DNA of 47,952 nt from Candidatus Omnitrophota bacterium. Its GTDB lineage: Bacteria; Omnitrophota; Gorgyraeia; Gygaellales; Profunditerraquicolaceae. A program made the position numbers and the translations under genes. Shown here piece by piece: positions 1 to 8,904 of this stretch (position 1 is the stretch's first letter; the number at the start of each line of letters is the position of its first letter). Location of the stretch: assembly GCA_042577285.1 (NCBI GenBank), contig JBHPDM010000005.1:1-47952 (forward strand), written 5' to 3'. The notes beneath the pieces were generated by a model that was not told the DNA's origin, made no database searches, and was given only the letters and a program-made list of their open reading frames with translations.

Positions 1-461
1 AGGTAGGAGATAGGGAAACGGATATGACCGGGCAGGTCATCGGAGAAATAATCGAATTAGGTAAGCCGGAACCCTTTACTTACGAGTTAAACGTAGGCCA
101 AGGAGAAATATTAATTAAAGAAGACCAGAATCTAAAAAAGATGTTTGTTACCTTGAAATTGAATGCAGAACTCAGGGGGAATATGCTGTATTATAAGAAT
201 AAACCAATCCTGTTCAGGACGCCGATCAATTTTAATACTGTTAAATACCATGTGGAGGCCGAATATGTTTCCATAGAAAATGACCCTACGTTGAGTTTAA
301 TGAAAATAACTGTGCCCGAAGAAAAAGGAGTCAAATTAATCAAGAAGAAGCAAGATATCATCATGAAGAAGCAAGATATCATCATGAAGAAGCAAGATAT
401 CATCATAGAATATTCTTCCCGTAAGGTGAAAAGATTGATAGAAAAGTTAAACAATGATTAA
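1..461 (+). CDS. Partial hypothetical protein (5' end outside window), DUF4330-like, with C-terminal heptad repeat
   Basis: Frame is open from position 3 (VGDRETDMTGQVIGEIIELG...); the GD-x-E-x-D..G..IGEI and LYYK..PI patterns resemble DUF4330 proteins seen beside glycan loci; stop overlaps next ATG. Confidence 0.5.
   Translation, partial: VGDRETDMTGQVIGEIIELGKPEPFTYELNVGQGEILIKEDQNLKKMFVTLKLNAELRGNMLYYKNKPILFRTPINFNTVKYHVEAEYVSIENDPTLSLMKITVPEEKGVKLIKKKQDIIMKKQDIIMKKQDIIIEYSSRKVKRLIEKLNND
344..406 (+). repeat. Perfect 3 x 21-bp tandem repeat GAAGAAGCAAGATATCATCAT (encodes KKQDIIM/I)
   Basis: Read directly: units at 344-364, 365-385, 386-406. Confidence 0.97.
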
Positions 462-855
462 TCAGTTAAATAATCCGGTAGTAATTTTTGAAAATGCCAT
501 AAAGAGCAGTATTATTGTAAAATCGCTGCGGCGCGTATCTATATCCTGGAGGGCAAGGACAGCAAGTTGCCTAAGGGCAAGCATAACAGTAAGACTGATA
601 ATGAGGGCTGTAAAAGCAACATATCATAATCCTTTAAATCTCGTCGGTATCTTCCTTCTTTTTTTTACCGCAGAGAATATATTATTTTCATTGATGTTTA
701 ATGAGCCGATTGGAGTGCGGGGATGGACGATCAGGTCATTATTTTTATTCAGCGGCATGGGGTGTTTGATCTCTAAGCAGAGCTGGAGCGAGATCAAGGA
801 CGCGAGCAGGCTTTTAAAGCTGTTCAGGCGTTTCAGGCCTGATCGCGATAACTAG
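454..855 (+). CDS. Hypothetical membrane protein (about 2 TM segments)
   Basis: 133-aa ORF overlapping the upstream stop; hydrophobic segments LVGIFLLFFTAENILFSLMF and LFLFSGMGCLI. Confidence 0.6.
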   Translation: MINQLNNPVVIFENAIKSSIIVKSLRRVSISWRARTASCLRASITVRLIMRAVKATYHNPLNLVGIFLLFFTAENILFSLMFNEPIGVRGWTIRSLFLFSGMGCLISKQSWSEIKDASRLLKLFRRFRPDRDN

Positions 856-858
856 TTA

Positions 859-887
859 TTGTCAAATAAAGAGCATTGGTATAAAAT
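859..887 (+). promoter_or_regulatory. Sigma70-type promoter TTGTCA-17bp-TAAAAT
   Basis: TTGTCA 859-864 and TAAAAT 882-887 with 17-bp spacer, in intergenic DNA; AGGAG SD ahead of ATG 918. Confidence 0.65.
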
Positions 888-917
888 GATACAAAAAAGT
901 AAAGGAGAGAGGAAACT

Positions 918-1889
918 ATGAAGGCATTAATTACCGGAGGGGCGGGGTTTATCGGTTCGCATCTGGCTGATCAGTTGATCAATAGCGGCACTCAGGTGGT
1001 TGTTCTGGATGATCTTTCTACGGGTAGGCTTGATAATATCAAGCACCTGGAAGGTAAACCGGGTTTTGAGCTGGTAGTCGATACGATATTAAACGAGAGC
1101 TTGATGGATAAGCTTGTAGAGAAATGTGACGTTATCTTTCACCTCGCTGCGGCCGTAGGGGTAGAGCTGATAGTAAAGAAACCCCTGGAATCCCTGACAA
1201 CAAATATCAAGGGTAGTGAGATCGCCCTGGAGATGGCGCACAGGTATCATAAGAAGATATTGATCACTTCCACTTCCGAGATCTACGGCAAGAACGTAAA
1301 CGGGCCGTTAAAGGAAGATGACGACAGGATATTGGGCTCTCCCTTAAAGAGCAGGTGGGGTTATTCTACCGCTAAGGCAGTCGATGAGATGCTTGCCTAT
1401 ATCTACTGGAAGGAGAAGGATGTCCCTTCGATAATAGTGAGGTTGTTTAATACTGTCGGCCCGAGGCAGACCGGTAATTACGGGATGGTCATGCCGCGTT
1501 TTATCGAGCAGGCCCTGGCTGGCCAGACGATCACTGTTTATGGCACCGGTAAGCAGTCAAGGTGCTTTGTGCACGTCAGGGATGCCGTAAAGGCATTAGT
1601 CAAGTTGACGCAGGAGCCTAAGGCAGTCGGCCAAGTTTTTAATATCGGCAGTCAGGAGGAGGTAACTATAGAACAGTTGGCAAAGGAGATCATCAGGATC
1701 ACTAATAGTAAGTCAAAGATAAAGAATATCCCCTATGAAGAGGCATACGAAGAAGGTTTTGAGGATATGCAGCGCAGGGTCCCCGATATCACCAAGGTCA
1801 GCAAATTGATCGGTTTTGAGCTTACCCATAGTTTATCCGAGATAATCAAGGATATCGTAAAAGATATTAAAGCAAGAAGGCCTTCCTAG
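918..1889 (+). CDS. NAD-dependent epimerase/dehydratase (ArnA-decarboxylase/UXS-like extended SDR)
   Basis: TGGAGFIG, STSEIYG, RWGYSTAK (YxxxK), RLFNTVGPRQ, DMQRRVPD. Confidence 0.9.
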   Translation: MKALITGGAGFIGSHLADQLINSGTQVVVLDDLSTGRLDNIKHLEGKPGFELVVDTILNESLMDKLVEKCDVIFHLAAAVGVELIVKKPLESLTTNIKGSEIALEMAHRYHKKILITSTSEIYGKNVNGPLKEDDDRILGSPLKSRWGYSTAKAVDEMLAYIYWKEKDVPSIIVRLFNTVGPRQTGNYGMVMPRFIEQALAGQTITVYGTGKQSRCFVHVRDAVKALVKLTQEPKAVGQVFNIGSQEEVTIEQLAKEIIRITNSKSKIKNIPYEEAYEEGFEDMQRRVPDITKVSKLIGFELTHSLSEIIKDIVKDIKARRPS

Positions 1890-1899
1890 CTGAATTCAA

Positions 1900-3111
1900 A
1901 TGAAAAAGATAAAGGTCTTAAGGATAATCGCCCGGCTTAACATCGGAGGGCCGGCGATCCATACAATTTTGCTCACCGAAGGCTTAGACCTCTCAAGGTT
2001 TGAGTCAATACTCGTCTCAGGCAGTATAAGCAAGGCTGAAGGCGACATGAGCTATTATGCTGATAAGAAGCAAGTAAAACCTTTGGTTGTACCCCGATTA
2101 AGGAGGGAGCTAAGCCTTTTCAATGATATCGCTGCTCTTAGGAGTATCTATAGGATCATTAAAGCGCAGGAGCCTGATATAGTCCATACCCATACTGCCA
2201 AGGCAGGTGCACTCGGCCGTTTGGCTGCAATAATCTACAACTTTTTAAACCGGAAGAAGCGGGTGAAGATCGTCCATACTTTTCACGGCCACGTATTAAG
2301 GGGTTATTTTGGCAGATTTAAATCCCGGATTTTTATTTTTATCGAGCGATTCTTGGGTATGTTTACAGATATTATCGTTACGGTAAGCGCTTCAGTCGCC
2401 AGGGAACTTCTTGACTTAGAGATATGCAAAAAAGCTAAGATCAAAGTCATTCCTCTGGGTTTTGAGCTGGATGAACTGCTTGCCATACCTCCAGAAACAA
2501 ATGGGGGAAGCATTGTAAATATCGGAATCATCGGAAGGCTCGTTCCGGTGAAGAACCACCGCTTATTTTTGGAGGCGGCAGCAAAACTCCTTAAGGATAA
2601 ACAATATTTAAATCTAAGATTTAAGATCGTTGGCGACGGAGAACTTAGGGATGAACTGGAAGGCTGTGCCTGCAGACTCGGTATAGCTTCACGGGTCGAA
2701 TTCCTGGGGTGGAAGATGGAGTTGGCGAAGGTTTATTCCGTGTTAGAGGTAGTAGTTTTGACTTCAATAAACGAGGGAACACCCGTATCGCTGATCGAGG
2801 CGATGGCTTCTGCCCGGCCAGTAGTATCTACCGAGGCAGGAGGGGTCAGGGATCTATTAGGTGAGAACCTGGATTCTGCTCAGGGCAAAGATTTGAAATT
2901 CAGGATCATGGAGAGAGGAATAATCGTTGATTCCAAGGACCCGGCTGATTTTGCCGCTGCCTTAGCTGTCATTTTAAGAGATAACCGACTGCGCAGGGAT
3001 ATCGGGCTAAGGGGCCGTGAATTTGCCGCTAAGATTTACTCAAAGGATAGATTGATCGGGGATATACAAAATCTCTATTGTACTCTCCTAAGCGCAAAAT
3101 ACCCCACGTAA
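1900..3111 (+). CDS. Glycosyltransferase family 4
   Basis: RLNIGGPA, HTHTAKAG, HTFHGH, GRLVPVKNH, EGTPVSLIEAMA (EX7E). Confidence 0.92.
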   Translation: MKKIKVLRIIARLNIGGPAIHTILLTEGLDLSRFESILVSGSISKAEGDMSYYADKKQVKPLVVPRLRRELSLFNDIAALRSIYRIIKAQEPDIVHTHTAKAGALGRLAAIIYNFLNRKKRVKIVHTFHGHVLRGYFGRFKSRIFIFIERFLGMFTDIIVTVSASVARELLDLEICKKAKIKVIPLGFELDELLAIPPETNGGSIVNIGIIGRLVPVKNHRLFLEAAAKLLKDKQYLNLRFKIVGDGELRDELEGCACRLGIASRVEFLGWKMELAKVYSVLEVVVLTSINEGTPVSLIEAMASARPVVSTEAGGVRDLLGENLDSAQGKDLKFRIMERGIIVDSKDPADFAAALAVILRDNRLRRDIGLRGREFAAKIYSKDRLIGDIQNLYCTLLSAKYPT

Positions 3112-3163
3112 CTCACCTTCCAGCCTAAACTTAGAAGAAAAAATAGTATATTTTTGCTTGTTT

Positions 3164-3174
3164 TGTGATATAAT
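3164..3174 (+). promoter_or_regulatory. Extended -10 promoter element TGTGATATAAT
   Basis: TGnTATAAT (TATAAT 3169-3174) in AT-rich intergenic DNA before the WecA-like gene; no consensus -35, but inverted repeat AAAAATA-gta-TATTTTT (3139-3155) lies there. Confidence 0.55.
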
Positions 3175-3233
3175 AATCAACTCTGGTATTTTCCAAGGAG
3201 GAAACCCATTGATATCAAACGAGATATAAGAAT

Positions 3234-5042
3234 ATGCAATATATCCTGTTTTTCTTGATTCCTCTTGCATTAAGTCTTGTGCTTACTCCTTTTGTGCACC
3301 GGTTTGCGCTTAAGTACGGCTTTGTCGCTGCCCCCAGGCCAGACCGTTGGCATAAGCGTCCTACAGCCCTTCTGGGCGGGATCAGCATATATATAGCGGC
3401 GGTAGTCTCAACGATTTATTTTGGCCTGGCTAACAGGCAGATCCTGGGTCTGTTTTTGGGCGGCACACTGTTGTTCGTCGTCGGTTTAGCGGATGAGAAA
3501 TTTAACTTTGCTCCGCAGGTCAAGTTACTCGCTCAGATCATCGCCGGCTGCATCGCTATCTTCTTCGGGTTCGTCTTTGGCCTGCCCTTGAATATTTTTT
3601 TAGCTGTTCCTTTGACTCTCTTCTGGATCATCGTGATCACAAACGCCTTCAATATCCTGGATAATATCGACGGGTTGGCGGTGGGGATCGCGGTGGTATC
3701 CGGCTTGATGCTATTCTTTTCCTCGCAGCTTTTCTCCAATAACCCGATGGGGGTATTGGGGCTTATTTTAGCCGGTGCTACATTGGGGTTTCTCCCCTAT
3801 AATTTCAATCCGGCCAGGATCTTTATGGGTGATTCCGGGAGCATGTTTTTAGGATTCTGCCTTGCGCTTATCTCTATCAGTGGAACAGTCCGCCATGTCT
3901 CAAACCTCTTGATCACGATGTTCGTTCCGGTTTTAATCTTAAGCGTGCCAATATTTGATACCATATTCGTGATGCTCGTAAGACGAATACAGGGCAGGAG
4001 GATCTTTGAGGGAGGAAAAGACCATACATCCCACCGCTTGATCACCTTGGGCCTCTCTCCGAGAAAGACGGTTTTGTTGTTATACGCTATAAGCGCATCT
4101 TTCGGGATGATCGCGATCCTTTATTCCAGGGTCAATGCTCCGATCATCTCCATAGTTGCTTTCTTAGCTATCGTAGTGATGCTCTTCCTGGGGATTTTTA
4201 TCTTTGAGTTTACTGCCGCTAAACGTAAGACAAGCAACAAACATGAACTAGTAGGGCAGAGGCATAATCATACGGCCTTAAATAGTATCTTACTGTATAA
4301 ACGCAGGATTATAGAGGTGTTGTTGGATTTTGTGCTGATCTGTATCGCTTACTACTGCGCCTACTTCTTGCGCTTTGAGGGCTTCCAATTGAGTAGCAAC
4401 CTGCAATTGATGCAGGAGTCATTAGTATGGATAATCCTGATAAAGATGTCGGTCTTTTTTGTCTTCGGGCTCTACCGCGGCGTCTGGAAGTATATCGGTA
4501 TATCGGATTTCTTTACCATGTTTAAAGTAGTAAGTATCAGCTCCGTTGCTTCGATTATATTTCTTACCTTTGTCTTTCGATTCCGCGAATACTCCCGGGC
4601 GGTATTATTCATCGATTGGCTCTTACTTTTGTTTTTAGTCATGGGTTCCCGGTTCATATTCAGGATCATCGGCGAGTTCTTCAGCCGGGTGAAGAGTAAG
4701 GAAAAGAAGATACTTATCTTCGGCGCCGGGGATACCGGTGAGATGGTGATGCGCGAGATCAAGCGTAATAAAAAGCTGCTTTATGACCCGGTCGGATTCA
4801 TAGATGACGACCCCTATAAGGCGGGTCATAAAATACACGGCATATCCGTGCTTGGCGACCGGGATAAGATCGAAGACCTGGTGCGCGGCCATAATATCAA
4901 AGAGGTGATCATCGCAATGCCTTCGATCGATAAGGATGATTTTTCCGAGATCGTCCATATCTGCCAACATTGCGGCATTCCCTACAGGAGTGTGAGAGGG
5001 ATTTTAGATGGGGAAGGACAAGATGAGTTCAAACAGAATTAG
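3234..5042 (+). CDS. WecA/MraY-family polyprenyl-phosphate sugar-1-phosphate transferase fused to CapD/PglF-type membrane and nucleotide-binding N-terminal domains
   Basis: NAFNILDNIDGL, NFNPARIFMGDSGS, DHTSHRL; C-terminal part GLYRGVWKY, LIFGAGDTG, GFIDDDP, VIIAMPS. Confidence 0.88.
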   Translation: MQYILFFLIPLALSLVLTPFVHRFALKYGFVAAPRPDRWHKRPTALLGGISIYIAAVVSTIYFGLANRQILGLFLGGTLLFVVGLADEKFNFAPQVKLLAQIIAGCIAIFFGFVFGLPLNIFLAVPLTLFWIIVITNAFNILDNIDGLAVGIAVVSGLMLFFSSQLFSNNPMGVLGLILAGATLGFLPYNFNPARIFMGDSGSMFLGFCLALISISGTVRHVSNLLITMFVPVLILSVPIFDTIFVMLVRRIQGRRIFEGGKDHTSHRLITLGLSPRKTVLLLYAISASFGMIAILYSRVNAPIISIVAFLAIVVMLFLGIFIFEFTAAKRKTSNKHELVGQRHNHTALNSILLYKRRIIEVLLDFVLICIAYYCAYFLRFEGFQLSSNLQLMQESLVWIILIKMSVFFVFGLYRGVWKYIGISDFFTMFKVVSISSVASIIFLTFVFRFREYSRAVLFIDWLLLLFLVMGSRFIFRIIGEFFSRVKSKEKKILIFGAGDTGEMVMREIKRNKKLLYDPVGFIDDDPYKAGHKIHGISVLGDRDKIEDLVRGHNIKEVIIAMPSIDKDDFSEIVHICQHCGIPYRSVRGILDGEGQDEFKQN

Positions 5043-6255
5043 GCTGGCGCAAGCTTGCGACCAATTGATACTCTTCTCGATATATGCCATAGCCTTTTTT
5101 CTTCCCATCTCCAAAGCAATAATCGAGGCCCTGAGTATATTCGCGATCTTTGTCTACGTACTCAAAAAATCATCTACGCGGCAGGGCGTCGGCAAGTCTA
5201 ACCTGAATACTGCCGTTTTTGTTTACCTGATCATCTGTTTCTTTTCGATCTTCGTAAGCCCGAGCTTCAGGATCAGCGCGCGGACCTTCTTTGCTAAGAC
5301 CCTGCAGAATATCTTATTCTTTTTCGCAGCGGCCGAAACCTTAAACAGTAAGCGAAGGTTTCGAAACTTCATCTTTATCCTTTTCTTTTCTTCATTAGTC
5401 TTAGGGGTAGACGGGATATATCAGTATTTTTCGCATAAGGATTTTTTGCGCAATCGGATACATCTCTTTGAGAAGAATATCCATGCCAGTTTCCATACCC
5501 CGAATGATCTAGCCTGCTATCTGATCACCGTGTTGCCTTTATTTATCGTGTCTTTCTTTGCCTCCTTGCGCTATCGTCTTTCTCGGCTACTGCACGCAGG
5601 GCTTTTTATACTCTTGACCGTCTGTCTTATATTGACATTTTCTCGAGGCGCATGGTTCGGCTTTTTAGCTTCGGTAGTGTTTTTAAGCTTTTGGCTGCAC
5701 TCAGTCGGCGCAGCCTTTTTAATACTTGTTCTTTTGATCCTGGCGCTAAAGCCGTTTCTGCCGGATATGATAAATATTCGACTGGATAATCTCTTCGCTT
5801 TTTTGGATGCCGATAACTTGAGAGACGTCGGTATGATAGAGAGAAGGGTGATTTGGCGGGCAGGTTGGAAGATGTTTGCTTTCCGGCCGCTGATCGGCCT
5901 GGGCCTGGGGACCTTTATGCTCAACTTCAAGAAATTTGCCGCCCCGGCCTATCCCTACGGCCCATTTTACGCGCATAATTGCTATTTGCAGATGCTCTCT
6001 GAGATCGGAATATTAGGCTTAGGCTCTTTTCTGGCGGTATTGTTTATATTTTTCTTCAGGGGCGTAAGAACGGTAAACAGCAGCCGCAATAAGGGTCTTT
6101 CCTGGTATGTCCTTCTGGGTAGTCTGGCAGCTATATTAGGCTATTCCGTACAGATGGGGGTGGATACGAATCTTTATTCTTTAGATCTGGGGCTGCTCTT
6201 TTGGTTGATACTTGCTCTCGGTGTGGGGGCGGTAAAAGAAATAAGGGAGGGGTAA
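5023..6255 (+). CDS. O-antigen ligase (WaaL)-family membrane protein
   Basis: Multi-TM; F..PNDLA.YL, TFSRGAW, R..IW...W, PLIGLGLGTF, AHNCYLQMLSEIGILG; alternative start 5008. Confidence 0.88.
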   Translation: MSSNRIRLAQACDQLILFSIYAIAFFLPISKAIIEALSIFAIFVYVLKKSSTRQGVGKSNLNTAVFVYLIICFFSIFVSPSFRISARTFFAKTLQNILFFFAAAETLNSKRRFRNFIFILFFSSLVLGVDGIYQYFSHKDFLRNRIHLFEKNIHASFHTPNDLACYLITVLPLFIVSFFASLRYRLSRLLHAGLFILLTVCLILTFSRGAWFGFLASVVFLSFWLHSVGAAFLILVLLILALKPFLPDMINIRLDNLFAFLDADNLRDVGMIERRVIWRAGWKMFAFRPLIGLGLGTFMLNFKKFAAPAYPYGPFYAHNCYLQMLSEIGILGLGSFLAVLFIFFFRGVRTVNSSRNKGLSWYVLLGSLAAILGYSVQMGVDTNLYSLDLGLLFWLILALGVGAVKEIREG

Positions 6256-6261
6256 GAAGAT

Positions 6262-7128
6262 ATGAAGGGAATAATCTTAGCAGGTGGCAGCGGGACAAGG
6301 CTTTTTCCCTTAACCCGCGCGGTATCAAAACAGCTCCTACCCGTATACGATAAGCCGATGATCTACTATCCTCTCTCTACATTGCTGCTGGCCAAGATCC
6401 GGGATATATTGATTATCTCCAAGCCCCAGGCAATCCCTTTATTTAAAACTCTACTGGGAGATGGCTCCGGGATCGGGGTAAATATCTCTTATGCCCAGCA
6501 GCCACAGGCAAGGGGGATAGCCGAATCATTTATTATCGCAGAGGAGTTTATCGCAGATCAGAACGTCTGTTTGATCCTGGGAGATAATATATTCTATGGT
6601 CAGGGATTGCCGGATCTGCTTCAGGAGGCGACCAGCTCCGCAAGCGGCGCGACGATCTTCGGCCATTACGTAAAGGATCCCTGCCGCTACGGCGTAATAG
6701 AGTTCAATAAGGATCGCAGGGTGATTTCTATCGTTGAAAAACCCAAGGACCCCAGGTCCAACTTTGCCGTTACCGGTATATATTTTTATGATAACGATGT
6801 AGTTAAGATCGCCAAGGGCCTGAAACCATCGCGCAGGGGTGAATTGGAGATCACCGATATCAATACTAAATATTTGAAAGCAAAAAAGCTTAAAGTCAAA
6901 TTATTAAGCCGGGGTTATGCCTGGCTGGATATGGGTACTTACGATTCCCTGATCGAGGCCTCGAATTTCATCAAGACTATGGAGGAGCGGCAGGGCTTAA
7001 AGATCGGCTGTATCGAAGAGATCGCCTACAGGATGGGGTATATCGGTAAGGAGCAGGTGTTGAGCTTAGCAGAGAAGATCAATACGGATTACGGCGCATA
7101 TCTAAGGGGGATCTACGAGGATGAATGA
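6262..7128 (+). CDS. rfbA: Glucose-1-phosphate thymidylyltransferase
   Basis: [66 protein letters not shown]. Confidence 0.96.
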   Translation: MKGIILAGGSGTRLFPLTRAVSKQLLPVYDKPMIYYPLSTLLLAKIRDILIISKPQAIPLFKTLLGDGSGIGVNISYAQQPQARGIAESFIIAEEFIADQNVCLILGDNIFYGQGLPDLLQEATSSASGATIFGHYVKDPCRYGVIEFNKDRRVISIVEKPKDPRSNFAVTGIYFYDNDVVKIAKGLKPSRRGELEITDINTKYLKAKKLKVKLLSRGYAWLDMGTYDSLIEASNFIKTMEERQGLKIGCIEEIAYRMGYIGKEQVLSLAEKINTDYGAYLRGIYEDE

Positions 7129-7939
7129 TAAGGTCTTGATCGTCGGGGCGGGTTACATCGGCAGGAGGCTGCAGGAGGGGCTGGACTGCGAGTTATCAGA
7201 GAGGATGATAAATTCTTTCAAGGATGCCAAGGAGCTGCTCTCTGAAGCCAAACCGCAGATCCTGATCAATTGTATCGGTAACCTGGGCAGGAACGTCGAT
7301 GAATGCGATAAGGATCCGGATAAAACCCTCTTCTCAAATACATTTGTACCGGTAATCCTGGCTGAGGCGGCGCTGCGCAGTAATGTCAGGTTTATTAATA
7401 TCAGTACAGGATGTATTTACCACTATGATTACGAGAAAGATAATCCGGTGACAGAAGATAAGGAGCCTGATTTCTTTGAGCTTTTTTACAGCCGCAGCAA
7501 GATCTACGCAGATAAAGTGCTGCAGTCTTTATCTCAGAGGTACCCCATACTGATAGTCAGGATCCGCGTGCCGCTGGATGACCGCCCGCACCCTAAGAAC
7601 CTGCTTACTAAACTGATCAATTACAAGAAGGCGATCGATATCCCTAACTCAGTTACTTATATGCCTGATTTCGTAGATGCCATAAAACACCTGATCAAGG
7701 TCAGGGCTGAAGGGACCTATAACGTCGCCTGTAAAGGCGCCCTCTCTTATCCTAAGCTCCTTGAGGTCTATAAGCATTATGTTTCTGATGTCAAGTACGA
7801 AGTGATTGAATTTAAGAAGTTAAATATTGTCAGGACGAATTTGATCCTTTCAACGGAAAAATTAGAAGCAACCGGGTTTAAAGTCAGAAAGATCGAGGAG
7901 ATCATGGAAGAATGCGTTCAAAATTATCTAAAATACTAG
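7121..7939 (+). CDS. NDP-4-keto-6-deoxyglucose 3,5-epimerase/4-reductase, NRS/ER (UER1)-like; RmlD superfamily
   Basis: [48 protein letters not shown]; sits between rfbA and rfbB. Confidence 0.8.
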   Translation: MNDKVLIVGAGYIGRRLQEGLDCELSERMINSFKDAKELLSEAKPQILINCIGNLGRNVDECDKDPDKTLFSNTFVPVILAEAALRSNVRFINISTGCIYHYDYEKDNPVTEDKEPDFFELFYSRSKIYADKVLQSLSQRYPILIVRIRVPLDDRPHPKNLLTKLINYKKAIDIPNSVTYMPDFVDAIKHLIKVRAEGTYNVACKGALSYPKLLEVYKHYVSDVKYEVIEFKKLNIVRTNLILSTEKLEATGFKVRKIEEIMEECVQNYLKY

Positions 7940-8904
7940 TCACTGGCGGGGCAGGTTTCATCGGCAGCGCCTTTGTCAGGCTCGCGGTAAAGAAGGGGCA
8001 TAAGGTCTCGGTAGTGGATAAACTTACCTATGCCGCAGACCCGGCCAGGTTAAAGGATTTAAAGTCAAAGATCAGATTCTATAAGGCTGATATCGGCAAC
8101 GCCAAGAGGATAGCCATGATCTTAGGCACAAATCGCTTTGATGCGATTGTCAATTTCGCTGCCGAGACCCATGTGGACAGGAGCATCAAGGATGCTTCCC
8201 CTTTTTTTGATACTAATCTTAAAGGCGTCCAGGTATTGCTGGATGCGGCAAGAAAGCGCAGGATAAAAAGATTCCTCCAGATTTCGACCGATGAGGTGTA
8301 CGGCGAGATAGAGAAGGGCGCCTTTGGCGAGGGTGCACCGCTTTTACCTAACAGCCCCTATGCAGCATCCAAGGCCGCAGCAGACCTGTTGATCAGGTCC
8401 TATATCCGCACCTATAATCTCCCGGCGGTGATCATCCGACCAAGCAATAATTACGGTCCCTGGCAGTATCCGGAGAAGTTTATGCCCCTGGCAATCCTCA
8501 GGGTCTTAAAAGGGGAAAAGATCCCGGTTTACGGAAAGGGTGAGAATGTCAGGGAGTGGCTTTACGTGGATGATTGCGCCAGGGGGGTCTATCAGATCAT
8601 GCAGAAGGGCAGGAGTGGAGAGATTTATAATCTGGGGAGTCACTCCGAGTTGCCTAATATCAGGGTCGCCAAGGCGATCTCAAAGATCATCAGCGGCGAT
8701 GATGGAAAGATCATTTTTGTCAGGGATAGGCCCGGCCATGACATAAGATACAGGTTAAATTCAGCTAAGGCCTTTAAGGAGACCGGCTGGAGGCCGAAGG
8801 TTGATTTTCGGAATGGCCTAAAAGCAACCCTGCGCTGGTACATTAAACATCAGGCCTGGGCCTTAAGTAAATGGGAGGATGTGGCAAGATTCTATGGCTT
8901 CTAG
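7912..8904 (+). CDS. rfbB: dTDP-glucose 4,6-dehydratase
   Basis: TGGAGFIG, DKLTYA, FAAETHVDRSI, STDEVYG, PNSPYAASKA, NNYGPWQYPEK, DRPGHDIRY. Confidence 0.95.
   Translation: MRSKLSKILVTGGAGFIGSAFVRLAVKKGHKVSVVDKLTYAADPARLKDLKSKIRFYKADIGNAKRIAMILGTNRFDAIVNFAAETHVDRSIKDASPFFDTNLKGVQVLLDAARKRRIKRFLQISTDEVYGEIEKGAFGEGAPLLPNSPYAASKAAADLLIRSYIRTYNLPAVIIRPSNNYGPWQYPEKFMPLAILRVLKGEKIPVYGKGENVREWLYVDDCARGVYQIMQKGRSGEIYNLGSHSELPNIRVAKAISKIISGDDGKIIFVRDRPGHDIRYRLNSAKAFKETGWRPKVDFRNGLKATLRWYIKHQAWALSKWEDVARFYGF

Noticed and set aside
344-406. Direct repeats as a possible CRISPR array
   Set aside because: Units are contiguous with no spacers, lie in a coding frame, and no cas genes are present.
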